Assembly: GCA_028717245.1 (NCBI GenBank)
Contig: JAQUOD010000007.1
Coordinates: forward strand, 16,988 to 80,987
From: Candidatus Omnitrophota bacterium
GTDB lineage: Bacteria > Omnitrophota > Gorgyraeia > Gygaellales > Profunditerraquicolaceae
Length of the DNA: 64,000 bases
Direction: 5' to 3'
In this document: one piece after another, positions 9,780 through 18,074 of the stretch
Position numbering within the stretch: the stretch's first letter is position 1
Layout of the letters: each line of letters starts with the position of its first letter
The notes under the pieces: generated by a model
Told to the model about the DNA's origin: nothing
What the model saw: only the letters and a program-made list of their open reading frames with translations
Database searches by the model: none
Made by a program: the position numbers and the translations under genes

Positions 9780-10426
9780 ACCGGTCTAAGGTTATCCTTT
9801 AAGAATACCGGGACTTTAAGCTTAGCGGCCTTGGCTATGATATCCCTGATCCACTCTAACTTAGGCCTTAAGAGGTCGGCGTCTTTGCCTGTATAGGCGC
9901 CTATAATAATCCACCTTAATCCTTTCAATTCTTCCGGTTCAATATTCATCCGCGAAAGTAGTGGCTCAAAAGAAACGAATAAGCGTTTTAAGGAATATTG
10001 CTTGGCTATAAAGAGAAAGGCTTTTAGGCGGCTTAAGTACTGTGCTTGTTCGACTGTCACCCCTACCCATATATTAGGCTTGCGCAGGGCATCGGTAAAG
10101 TGGACTATTCTCTCCGGACATTTAGTGAGGAGTTGGAAGGTATGTTGAGGGCACTGGTGGATAGTCCACAGGACCTGTTTTATCCAGTCTTCTATAACCC
10201 ACTCTCCGAATAAATCAGCGGTTGAGCAGACAAAGATCCTGGCGGGTTTCTTTAGCTTAATAGGTTCGCTTAGGCGCTCCGGGTGAAAATGCGGCTGCAT
10301 ATTGTAGCCCCTGAGGCGTTTGACGTAGCAATACCAGCAGTTGCGCTGGCAGCCAGTTACAGGTGTCCATGTGTAATCGCACCAGCCAATGGAGTTATTG
10401 GGTCCGTTCATCTTCCTAACCCCCAT
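9734..10426 (-). CDS. Phage Gp37/Gp68 family protein (DUF5131)
   Basis: N-terminal IGWCDYTWTPVTGCQRNCWYCY matches the IEWTD.TWNP.TGC...C..CY signature of this family. Confidence 0.7.
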   Translation of the reverse strand: MGVRKMNGPNNSIGWCDYTWTPVTGCQRNCWYCYVKRLRGYNMQPHFHPERLSEPIKLKKPARIFVCSTADLFGEWVIEDWIKQVLWTIHQCPQHTFQLLTKCPERIVHFTDALRKPNIWVGVTVEQAQYLSRLKAFLFIAKQYSLKRLFVSFEPLLSRMNIEPEELKGLRWIIIGAYTGKDADLLRPKLEWIRDIIAKAAKLKVPVFLKDNLRPVWKEELRQEFSEKLK

Positions 10427-10523
10427 ATTTGCCGGGTTAAGTTATATTTTGGTGCGTATGGCCAGAATCTGATTTGGTTTAGGATAACCCCAGTGATATA
10501 TGTAACCATACAAAGCATTTTAT

Positions 10524-10931
10524 TTAATACCCCCCCCCCGCTGTTTCGAGCACAGCTTCAACTTTTTTCAGGAAACCCCTCTTATATAACTGGTAGGCCT
10601 GGATAATAAGCTGGGTTAGTTCATCTTGATCCTCATGGTCACATATCTTTATCTTTTTAGCATATTTGCGCTGAGCGGACCGGCGTCTTGGGTTCTCTGC
10701 GGATGCTATCCCGTATTTCTTTAGGTGGACTGCCCGGGATATCTCGCTTTCATCTAATTTTATTTTATAGGTATTCCAGAAAAAATCTATTATCTCCCTG
10801 CCTTTTTTACCATCTGCCTTCATGTTCTTGATCTGTATGATATTCGCTTCTGATAGCTTACTCACATTCCCTCCTTTTTGGCCAGGCTGCCGGCTGGCTG
10901 ATTGCTCGGTATCGCCATGGATTAACCTCAT
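10524..10931 (-). CDS. Hypothetical phage protein; 3' end contains a C9/G9 homopolymer
   Basis: 135 aa. The C-terminal GGGY is encoded by the poly-C run at 10531-10539. Confidence 0.3.
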   Translation of the reverse strand: MRLIHGDTEQSASRQPGQKGGNVSKLSEANIIQIKNMKADGKKGREIIDFFWNTYKIKLDESEISRAVHLKKYGIASAENPRRRSAQRKYAKKIKICDHEDQDELTQLIIQAYQLYKRGFLKKVEAVLETAGGGY

Positions 10932-10956
10932 ACCATGCCGGCATGCGCTGGGTTAT

Positions 10957-11109
10957 TTAAAAAATTCTTCTTATTTTCTTAATTAATAAACTAATAAGTA
11001 TACTTGCCAGGAATATACAAGAAGCCACAAGAAGGCCGAATGTTATCAATAAGGTAATCTGGTCGCCTCTACTAAAGCAGATCATTCCTGGCATGCAGGT
11101 AGTATTCAT
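10957..11109 (-). CDS. Small hydrophobic protein (possible holin-like or membrane peptide)
   Basis: ATG sits directly after the RusA stop (TAGATG). About 50 aa with one transmembrane helix: MNTTCMPGMICF...LLVASCIFLASILISLLIKK. Below the ORF-track size cutoff. Confidence 0.25.
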   Translation of the reverse strand: MNTTCMPGMICFSRGDQITLLITFGLLVASCIFLASILISLLIKKIRRIF

Positions 11110-11487
11110 CTATGCCTCCGATATAATGACTGTGGTCCCTTCCTTCTCTCCGTTTACAAATTGCACCTCTATGGCTTTAAGATGAGCGGCGTCATCGCGG
11201 AAGAAAAAGGTCTTCTTTAAGGCATCTGTGATGAATTTGGTGCCTCCGATGTAGTTATCTAAATCCCGGGTCCGGTTGGAATTGAAAGTGATGATGTATA
11301 GGACCTTTATCGGCTTGAGGAAGATGAACTTATTGCGCGCCATCCACTGCGCCCATGCCCATTGGTCCCAGAGTTTCTGTTCCTTTGTGCGGCCTACCCA
11401 ATGGGTTCTGAGCATGTCGTTAAGAGAGGGCGGTACCCGGGGAATTGTGAAGGAAATTTGGTTAAGCTTTCTTTTTGTCTGTGACAT
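11110..11487 (-). CDS. rusA: RusA-family Holliday junction resolvase
   Basis: PPSLNDMLRTHW, RTRDLDNYIGG, DALKK and FRDDAAH match the conserved RusA blocks, including the catalytic Asp residues. Confidence 0.75.
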   Translation of the reverse strand: MSQTKRKLNQISFTIPRVPPSLNDMLRTHWVGRTKEQKLWDQWAWAQWMARNKFIFLKPIKVLYIITFNSNRTRDLDNYIGGTKFITDALKKTFFFRDDAAHLKAIEVQFVNGEKEGTTVIISEA

Positions 11488-11710
11488 AGGTTATGATGTC
11501 CTGAACGGTTAAGAATTTTGCCGCGTCCTCATCCGGTATTTCGATTCCGAAGGCCTCCTCAAGGGCCATGATGGCTTCGATGCGGTCAAGGTCATCCATG
11601 GCGAGGTCATCGTTGAGGCTATCGGTGAGTTCGATATCCCCGGGTTCTCCCCCTGCGCCTAAGGCAGAGGCGAGTGCTTCTTTGACCTTTGTTTCTATTG
11701 TTGTGTCCAT
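11462..11710 (-). CDS. Acyl carrier protein
   Basis: 82 aa, acidic, with the LTDSLNDDLAMDDLDRIEAIMALEE motif carrying the phosphopantetheine-attachment Ser. Confidence 0.75.
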   Translation of the reverse strand: MDTTIETKVKEALASALGAGGEPGDIELTDSLNDDLAMDDLDRIEAIMALEEAFGIEIPDEDAAKFLTVQDIITYVTDKKKA

Positions 11711-11810
11711 ACCCCCTCCATTTAGTTATAAGGCCTGCGCCGGGATTTGACCACGTTCTTAGAGATAAAGATATTAGTAATCTTCGGTACCTTGTCAGTA
11801 CGCACAGGCC

Positions 11811-12569
11811 TCAACAATATTGCACCCAATCATTTAAGTTATGCTTCTTAAAAAGCATTTCCCTGAATTCATTATATTGACGATTACGGTATTTCAGGTA
11901 TTCTGCCGGCTTGTAGTCGATATAGTTGGCGGTGATGTCAGGTGTCCAGCAGACTTTATGGCCGGATTGCTTATAGCGCCAGAAGAAGTCTTCATGTTCT
12001 CCAGTCTTAAGGGCTTCATCCCATTTGACGGAAAGGATAGTATTTATTTTGGCTAAGAAGAATTGCCGGCAGATGTCGCAGTGCTTGATGCGCAGACCGG
12101 TTGTAGGGTCTGTTTCGATTGTGTCGTTTCTTTTAAGTAGGAAGCGGTTGTCCTGGATATCCATAAAGTATTCCCAGGGGATGCGGTCATTAAGGTCAAA
12201 ACCCAGGATGCCTATGTTTGGGTTGTTTTCCAGGAAGTGGACGGCTTTGTCGAGATTGGTAATGGTTTCGGGAATGAATTCGATTGAGTCGGCGGTTAGG
12301 AGGCAATAGTGGAGGCCTTTCCCAGCTGCTGCTTGTATAAGATAATTGCGTGCATAAGACACTCCGCAATCAAAAGGAAGAGGTTTCCAAGTCTTCGCCT
12401 CTTTAATAAAAAAATCAAAGAACTCTCTTTCATTTTCTGAATCTTCTCTTCCCTGATCTCCGACAAATAAATCAAATCCTGGTATCCAATTTTTAACGAT
12501 GCTAATTATGGTCTTCTTAGCCAGCCAATCCCGTAAGAATGTGGTATAGATAATTGCTATTTCTTCCAT
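11811..12569 (-). CDS. Putative glycosyltransferase-like protein
   Basis: 252 aa. Weak GT-like features only, and it sits in a cluster with other sugar and methyl transfer genes. Confidence 0.35.
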   Translation of the reverse strand: MEEIAIIYTTFLRDWLAKKTIISIVKNWIPGFDLFVGDQGREDSENEREFFDFFIKEAKTWKPLPFDCGVSYARNYLIQAAAGKGLHYCLLTADSIEFIPETITNLDKAVHFLENNPNIGILGFDLNDRIPWEYFMDIQDNRFLLKRNDTIETDPTTGLRIKHCDICRQFFLAKINTILSVKWDEALKTGEHEDFFWRYKQSGHKVCWTPDITANYIDYKPAEYLKYRNRQYNEFREMLFKKHNLNDWVQYC

Positions 12570-13138
12570 TAAAAGTATCCTTTACTTTTAAGCCAAGCTG
12601 CCAACGGTGCGGGAGACTCATAGTGAACATGTTTATCACCCAAATCCTTACACATAAAACCTTCTGCATCCGCGTAATCATCAGCTATGTCGACTACAAG
12701 GAACGGCCCCTTTCTCAGAAGTTCATTCATATAGCGCTGATAAGCTAAGCGCTCATAGTCAGAACTCACAAAGGGGACATCAGGATTCTCCCATGTATCA
12801 GTTCTGCGAGGTGGAGGAGGAATACTGTAAACCCAAATATTAGGGTTAATCTTTCTATTCAGCTCAATAGCCTCGAAATACTTCTCCACCAACATCTCCA
12901 CGGTGGATTTCCAGGGAGGGTGTTTACCCACATGACAACGACAGTCTATCTCTCCAAAACAAAAGCACACCGGGCAATCCGCAGGGAAGTCCTTCACAAT
13001 AATATCCTTATCCCTACCAAGTCGGAACATAGTATAGCTTCCAAGAGTATTGTAACTTACAAATGGAAAATTATTCCAAGGATGCCAAGAATGGCTATCA
13101 CCCACAGTATAAATCCTAAACTTCTGCCTCTCTTCCAT
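12569..13138 (-). CDS. SGNH/GDSL-like hydrolase
   Basis: N-terminal YTVGDSHSW matches the GDSL block I serine motif. Confidence 0.45.
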   Translation of the reverse strand: MEERQKFRIYTVGDSHSWHPWNNFPFVSYNTLGSYTMFRLGRDKDIIVKDFPADCPVCFCFGEIDCRCHVGKHPPWKSTVEMLVEKYFEAIELNRKINPNIWVYSIPPPPRRTDTWENPDVPFVSSDYERLAYQRYMNELLRKGPFLVVDIADDYADAEGFMCKDLGDKHVHYESPAPLAAWLKSKGYF

Positions 13139-14169
13139 TAAACAGGCCTCCCATTAACGCAATATCCCTTTAAACTGTTGGCAGGGTTCATGTCGTGCAG
13201 GCCCCCGGGTTCCTGATCCATTGGCCAATAAATATGCGGTGAATGTGAAATCGCTGCCAGGTTCGCTCCTTTGAATATTTCGGCGTAATGCTTATTCCAT
13301 CCTCCGCAGTGCAGACGCATTGCGCAATGAATGCAGGGTTCGGTTTGGATGGCGGTGCTTTCTCCTAATGCTAAGGCTGCCGGCCAGACTTCACCCCAAG
13401 AAGGCTTATAATATCCATAATCCCACTCCCAGGGGTCATATAGGACGTAGCGCGCATTAACTACGTACTTCCAGTATTCAGGGCTTAAGTGGCAGAAAGG
13501 ATGATACCGGATAGTAAAGAATTTGCCTGAGGCGATTAATAAATCCGCGGCTTTCTCTATATAGGGGCGCAACTCTTGCGGGTGGACCGCAACCTCAGCC
13601 GCGTGCTGCTTCCATTCATAATGAGGAAGAAATCCCAAGAGGGCGATGTGAAAGGCGCCTTTCTCTATAAGACATTGAGTTATTTCGGGGAGCTGTTTAT
13701 AGTTGAGTTGCTGCAAGGATGTATTGGTGCGAAATGGCAGCTTATTTTCTTTTAGCCAGGTTATGAGTTCACCTTGCCTTATCCCGGCGCCTTGGCATTC
13801 CATAATCATTTCCAAGGCCTCTCCAATGGCATGGACGGATATCTGCAGATGGTTAAGGCCGAGCTTAAAAAGGGCTTCGTAGTTTTTGATGGGTAAGGTG
13901 CCGTTGGTGATGATATTGCTCTTTAGGCCTTCACAAGCTGCGGCTAGGATTATTTCGTTGATCTGCGGGTGCAGCATAGGCTCGCCTTCCCCGATTAAGA
14001 CGATTCTATCTATTCCCCGGAAGAGGCCTTTGCGCATTTCCTGGATTATCTCCTGCAGGGGCTTATGGATATTCTTATGCAGGTTGGGATTGCGCCTGTA
14101 AAAGCAGTGCTTGCAGCTGACGTTGCAGGCCCAGGTTACATTAATTCCCAAACACCCACAGGGATTCAT
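13138..14169 (-). CDS. Radical SAM protein
   Basis: CNVSCKHCF is a Cx3Cx2C motif near the N-terminus. Additional C-terminal Cys residues suggest a SPASM-like region. Confidence 0.75.
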   Translation of the reverse strand: MNPCGCLGINVTWACNVSCKHCFYRRNPNLHKNIHKPLQEIIQEMRKGLFRGIDRIVLIGEGEPMLHPQINEIILAAACEGLKSNIITNGTLPIKNYEALFKLGLNHLQISVHAIGEALEMIMECQGAGIRQGELITWLKENKLPFRTNTSLQQLNYKQLPEITQCLIEKGAFHIALLGFLPHYEWKQHAAEVAVHPQELRPYIEKAADLLIASGKFFTIRYHPFCHLSPEYWKYVVNARYVLYDPWEWDYGYYKPSWGEVWPAALALGESTAIQTEPCIHCAMRLHCGGWNKHYAEIFKGANLAAISHSPHIYWPMDQEPGGLHDMNPANSLKGYCVNGRPV

Positions 14170-14794
14170 TTTCAGGTTCCTTTCTGATTATGGCTATGCT
14201 GGACCTAAAAGGCTTGACTATCTCCTGTAAAGCAAATACATCCATGACGGCGGTCACTACTCCGATATGGTCCCGGCTGTAATTGAAGTCGTGTGCGAGA
14301 AGAACTCCTCCGGTCTTTAATTTAGGCCAGTAATCGATGAAGTCATTCTTTGCCGCTATATAGCTATGATCACCATCTATAAAAATCATGTCCAGGGAAT
14401 TGTTCGGGAAACTATCTTTTACCAGGTGCGAATGTTTCTGGTAGTGCGTTGCCTTGATGTGCTCTGTGTTTTTTCTGAATTGGTCTGCTATTTCGGCCAT
14501 CATATCTTTAGGCCCGGAAGTGAAAGGGTCTATTGAGATGAAATTAATGCTTTTACCGGAAGCCTTGGCGGACTCATAGGCGCAGACTAAAGATCCGCCC
14601 AAGTGGCAGCCTATCTCCAGGTATGTGCCGCCTTCGGGGATCTGCTTTACTGCCTTGAATATTTCGAACATATCCCAGATAGTTAGCAAGGCTTTCTCCC
14701 CAATAGTTTCGATGATAGCTTTAGTGAACCCCTCTTTTAAAAATTTGCCTTGGTGGTTTTCGAATTCATTCATTAGCTTGGCTAAGCTCGACAT
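14141..14794 (-). CDS. Class I SAM-dependent methyltransferase (O-methyltransferase-like)
   Basis: LEIGCHLGGS motif I and a GGVLLAHDF motif. Confidence 0.6.
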   Translation of the reverse strand: MSSLAKLMNEFENHQGKFLKEGFTKAIIETIGEKALLTIWDMFEIFKAVKQIPEGGTYLEIGCHLGGSLVCAYESAKASGKSINFISIDPFTSGPKDMMAEIADQFRKNTEHIKATHYQKHSHLVKDSFPNNSLDMIFIDGDHSYIAAKNDFIDYWPKLKTGGVLLAHDFNYSRDHIGVVTAVMDVFALQEIVKPFRSSIAIIRKEPENESLWVFGN

Positions 14795-16103
14795 AATAAT
14801 CCCCTCTTTTGATTATCTGATTGAAGATTTCTTTTTGCTTTAGGTTGGTAATCAAAGTTTCGATGGCTTCGCTCTTCATGCCCATGTTCCCTGCCTTGTC
14901 GCGGATAAGGTCCTGCCAGGACTTCTCTCCGCGGCCAGGATATCTTATTTCTGAAATATGCCTGACCAGGTCGATGTCTACGTTGTATATCCGGTTATTG
15001 CAGGACTTGAAATCGACTCTCTCAAAATCGAGTTCTATTAATCCTACGGTGCCTAAGACCATGTTTAAGTGCAGGATGTGGTGAAGGATTATGGGGTTAT
15101 CCTCCAGTATTGACCCATAAACCCACTCGGCTACTTCGCCTACCCGGGAACCGCGGTATTCGATGATCTGGTGGAAGCGCGGGAAGAAGTCTCCCAGCGC
15201 GTTAAGGACCAGGAAGACGCCATCGGGGTTCATGCGCATATCGAACTTATACCTGCGGTTCTCATATACAAACATGCTGTCGGGGCCGCGGTTAGGGTTG
15301 CATTCGATTAAAATCCCTTTCCTGATTAATTCCCTCCGTAAATTTGCCCCCTCAATGTATTCCATGTCGGGCTTGGCCCTTTTAAAGACTGCGGTGGCCC
15401 TGCCGAGGCCATTATCGCAATGCCTGACCAGTTCGAATTGCGGCTTGAGGTATTCTTCGTATTGGGCGAAGGTATAAAGGCTTTTTACGTAGCTTGACCA
15501 TGACCCTTCGCGGGATAGTTTGGTGACTGCGGGATCGGATATTTCAAAAGGGCCGTCAATGATGAGGTATTTGTCGCATATCCCCGCGAGCTTCTTTAAA
15601 AAGAGCAGTGGCGGCGCGTAAGATTTAGCGCAGTCAAAGAAGAAATAGTGATGGCAATTCCCTATGTAGACAACATCGTATTTATGCTGGAATGGCACGT
15701 CCCTGAATTCTCCGTGCCAGAAGTCTATATTTTTGATGTTGTGGGCTGCTGCCAATTTTATGGAGAAGTCGATATATTCCTTGGCCTTGTCGAATCCCGT
15801 TACTTTCTCGTATTTATCGGCCAGCTTAATACAGAAATATCCTTTATTGGATCCGATTTCCAAAAGAGATTGGCCGCCGGCGAATAGTTCGGGGGCGTTG
15901 TTTTTTAATATCTCTAACCTATGGATAGTCTTTCCCTGCGGCTCCAATGTCTCGGGATCGAAACAGTGGTTATCGGGATAGCTTAATAGCTTGAGCTCTT
16001 CTCTTAATTGATTAAAGGGCATTGCGGCTCCTTCGTTACCAGCGGATGATTTCTGATTGCTTCCGGTAATTCGTTTATGGTGATTTCTTTTATCTTCTGC
16101 CAA
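14766..16103 (-). CDS. SAM methyltransferase fused to a kinase-like (APH/choline-kinase fold) domain
   Basis: N-terminal LLEIGSNKGYF methyltransferase motif. C-terminal HHILHLNMVL...IELDFERV resembles the HxDxxxxN and DFG/DxE blocks of kinases. Confidence 0.45.
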   Translation of the reverse strand: MAEDKRNHHKRITGSNQKSSAGNEGAAMPFNQLREELKLLSYPDNHCFDPETLEPQGKTIHRLEILKNNAPELFAGGQSLLEIGSNKGYFCIKLADKYEKVTGFDKAKEYIDFSIKLAAAHNIKNIDFWHGEFRDVPFQHKYDVVYIGNCHHYFFFDCAKSYAPPLLFLKKLAGICDKYLIIDGPFEISDPAVTKLSREGSWSSYVKSLYTFAQYEEYLKPQFELVRHCDNGLGRATAVFKRAKPDMEYIEGANLRRELIRKGILIECNPNRGPDSMFVYENRRYKFDMRMNPDGVFLVLNALGDFFPRFHQIIEYRGSRVGEVAEWVYGSILEDNPIILHHILHLNMVLGTVGLIELDFERVDFKSCNNRIYNVDIDLVRHISEIRYPGRGEKSWQDLIRDKAGNMGMKSEAIETLITNLKQKEIFNQIIKRGDYYVELSQANE

Positions 16104-16792
16104 CTCTTCTCATAGCCGATTGAGGGATGAAAATTCTCTACGTTGGGGATAGCTGACCAGATGCGCTTAAACCAATCCGGGTGGGATGGCACGTTATCTC
16201 CTATGGATGAGGTATAGAATTTAAGGCGGATATCAGTTTCGCTTTCGCGCACGTAGGTGAAATGGTGCATATAAATGTCGTCAAGATAGGCTTTATCCTG
16301 GATGCTTAAGCCCCGGGGGCCGAAGATGCCATGGGCGCGGGACATATCTATTCCTACTACCGGCCGGCAGGTTTCCGGGGGGTCTATCCTGTAAAAAGGG
16401 CTTTTGATATAGGTGTGCATCCTGCAGCAATATGCCGCGGCTTCCTTGCTTTCCAGGGCTGCTTTTAATTTTACGATATCGGGCTCTTCCCAGATTTCGT
16501 CCGTATCGATAAGCAGGAGCTTTACGTTGCCATATAGCCTTTTTATGATAGTAAAGCCGGTTTCGTATTGCTGGTCCTGCGTTAAAAAAAGGCCGGTGTA
16601 TTGGATAACCGGTATAGAGTGCTCTTTATTCCATTCCATTATCGGCTGCAGGCAATTATTTCCGTAGGCGCCTCCGCCCCAGACCACCTGAGAATGGATA
16701 AATATTATGGCGTCCACGTGCTTATAAATCGAATCCAGGCTGGCTTTGAGCCATTCTCCCCCGCGCAGGGTCTTATATAAGGCGATTAGCAT
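16004..16792 (-). CDS. Hypothetical protein, possible glycosyltransferase
   Basis: 262 aa with a DTDE acidic motif, sitting in the glycan-like cluster. Confidence 0.3.
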   Translation of the reverse strand: MLIALYKTLRGGEWLKASLDSIYKHVDAIIFIHSQVVWGGGAYGNNCLQPIMEWNKEHSIPVIQYTGLFLTQDQQYETGFTIIKRLYGNVKLLLIDTDEIWEEPDIVKLKAALESKEAAAYCCRMHTYIKSPFYRIDPPETCRPVVGIDMSRAHGIFGPRGLSIQDKAYLDDIYMHHFTYVRESETDIRLKFYTSSIGDNVPSHPDWFKRIWSAIPNVENFHPSIGYEKSWQKIKEITINELPEAIRNHPLVTKEPQCPLIN

Positions 16793-17360
16793 AGGTCCTT
16801 TCGAAATATTCCTTGTTTTCCTGCCAGTACTGGCTCTGGCGTTTCATTTCATTTAAGTGCACTACCTTAACCAGGTTATTGATGATGATTTTAGGGCCCA
16901 TGTCAAGGCAGAAGGCGTCGTCCTCGAATCCGCTGCCCTTAAAGTTCTCGTCAAATCTTATTGCGGTCTGGCGAAAGGCAATACAGGCTGTCGGGATTTT
17001 CATTACTATTTCATAGTCATGGCCCAGGTCATATTTACTGGACATCATGGGAGCAGGTGTTGCGTCTTTACGGATAAGGCGGGCTGAAACAATACTCACC
17101 TTAGGGCATACTTCTAAGAGTGAAATTAAAATCTCATTCCAACCTTTGAATAAACCTGTTATGTCGTCATCAACCATAATGACATAGGGAGCGGCTGAGA
17201 GCATGAGGCCGGCATTGCGGTTCTTGGCGGCACTATATTCCGGGTTTGAGGCGATGATCAAATTAAAGGCGCCGGTAGATGTGGCATACACTTCTTCTAT
17301 AAGAGGCAAAAGCCCTTTTGTTTTACAGCTAGGGATGATGATATCTATTTTAGGTTCCAT
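16773..17360 (-). CDS. Family 2 glycosyltransferase (start reassigned to the internal Met MEPKIDIIIPS)
   Basis: KIDIIIPSCK...VIMVDDDI is a GT-A DxD region. The longer ORF in the track overlaps the upstream gene by 160 nt, so the internal start is preferred. Confidence 0.5.
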   Translation of the reverse strand: MEPKIDIIIPSCKTKGLLPLIEEVYATSTGAFNLIIASNPEYSAAKNRNAGLMLSAAPYVIMVDDDITGLFKGWNEILISLLEVCPKVSIVSARLIRKDATPAPMMSSKYDLGHDYEIVMKIPTACIAFRQTAIRFDENFKGSGFEDDAFCLDMGPKIIINNLVKVVHLNEMKRQSQYWQENKEYFERTYANRLI

Positions 17361-17970
17361 CGCGAGTGATAATAATTCCTTGTTTTCCGCATTCTTTGGC
17401 AAGGCAGTCAAACCAGTGCCGTTCATTTGTCCAGCGTCTGTCAGTATGCTGGGTGCGGTAATTCTCCAGGCCCTCAATGAAATACCCCTGGCCGCCCATG
17501 TCCGCTCCATATAACCGGATATCCCTGGCCCCGCTTAATATCGCCAGGGCGATTGCGGGGAAGATGGTAGATTCGCGCCAGTTGATATAATGGCCGAAGG
17601 GGATGATTTGGTTAAATGCTTCTATTGACTCTGCAGGAAAGGCCTCTTTATAAAAGACCTGGAAGTGAGAATTTAACCTGTCATAATCTTTAGGGATATC
17701 AATAAGCCAGCGGCGCGGGATCCAAAGGCGGGTTGCATAGAACCGGGAGATATCGGCCTTTTTGATTATGGTCTCGAAGACTTCGATATCCTGCATGACC
17801 CAGTAATCGAATTTAAAGGCATCCAGGAGTATGGCTCCGTTTACCGCAACCAGGCAGGCAGGGTTATCCTGCAGTATTTTCTTCTGTGTTTTATAAAGCC
17901 CCAGGGAGGGCCCGGGGCAGCAGATGCCCCAGGCTGAGGGTGTAATTATTTTTTGTCCGGGCCTTTCCAT
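17350..17970 (-). CDS. DUF115/Maf-like protein (putative glycan-modifying enzyme)
   Basis: 206 aa with ICCPGPSL...LVAVNGA, resembling the DUF115 N-terminal block. Confidence 0.3.
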   Translation of the reverse strand: MERPGQKIITPSAWGICCPGPSLGLYKTQKKILQDNPACLVAVNGAILLDAFKFDYWVMQDIEVFETIIKKADISRFYATRLWIPRRWLIDIPKDYDRLNSHFQVFYKEAFPAESIEAFNQIIPFGHYINWRESTIFPAIALAILSGARDIRLYGADMGGQGYFIEGLENYRTQHTDRRWTNERHWFDCLAKECGKQGIIITRDGT

Positions 17971-17986
17971 TTATCTCCCTATTTTA

Positions 17987-18070
17987 TTGCGGGGACCGGA
18001 TTCGAACCGGTGATGTCCTTACGGATACAGGGTTATGAACCCTGCGGCCTCGCCACTGGCCAACCCCGCG
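17987..18070 (-). tRNA. tRNA-Met-like (anticodon CAT) with initiator-type features and an unusually long variable arm
   Basis: Minus strand reads CGCGGGG-TT-GGCC...GGCC-G-CAGGG-TTCATAA-CCCTG-TATCCGTAAGGACATC-ACCGG-TTCGAAT-CCGGT-CCCCGCA-A. It has a canonical GGTTCGAATCC T-arm. C1:A72 is mismatched, and three G:C pairs close the anticodon loop, as in bacterial initiator tRNA. The variable region is ~16 nt with its own TCC/GGA hairpin, and no CCA is encoded. Confidence 0.6.
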
Positions 18071-18074
18071 AAAG

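Noticed and set aside
17350-17510. 160 nt overlap between the GT2 gene and the DUF115-like gene as annotated in the ORF track
   Set aside because: The overlap disappears when the GT2 start is moved to the internal Met (MEPKIDIIIPS), which directly precedes the conserved GT-A N-terminus, so no real long overlap is inferred.
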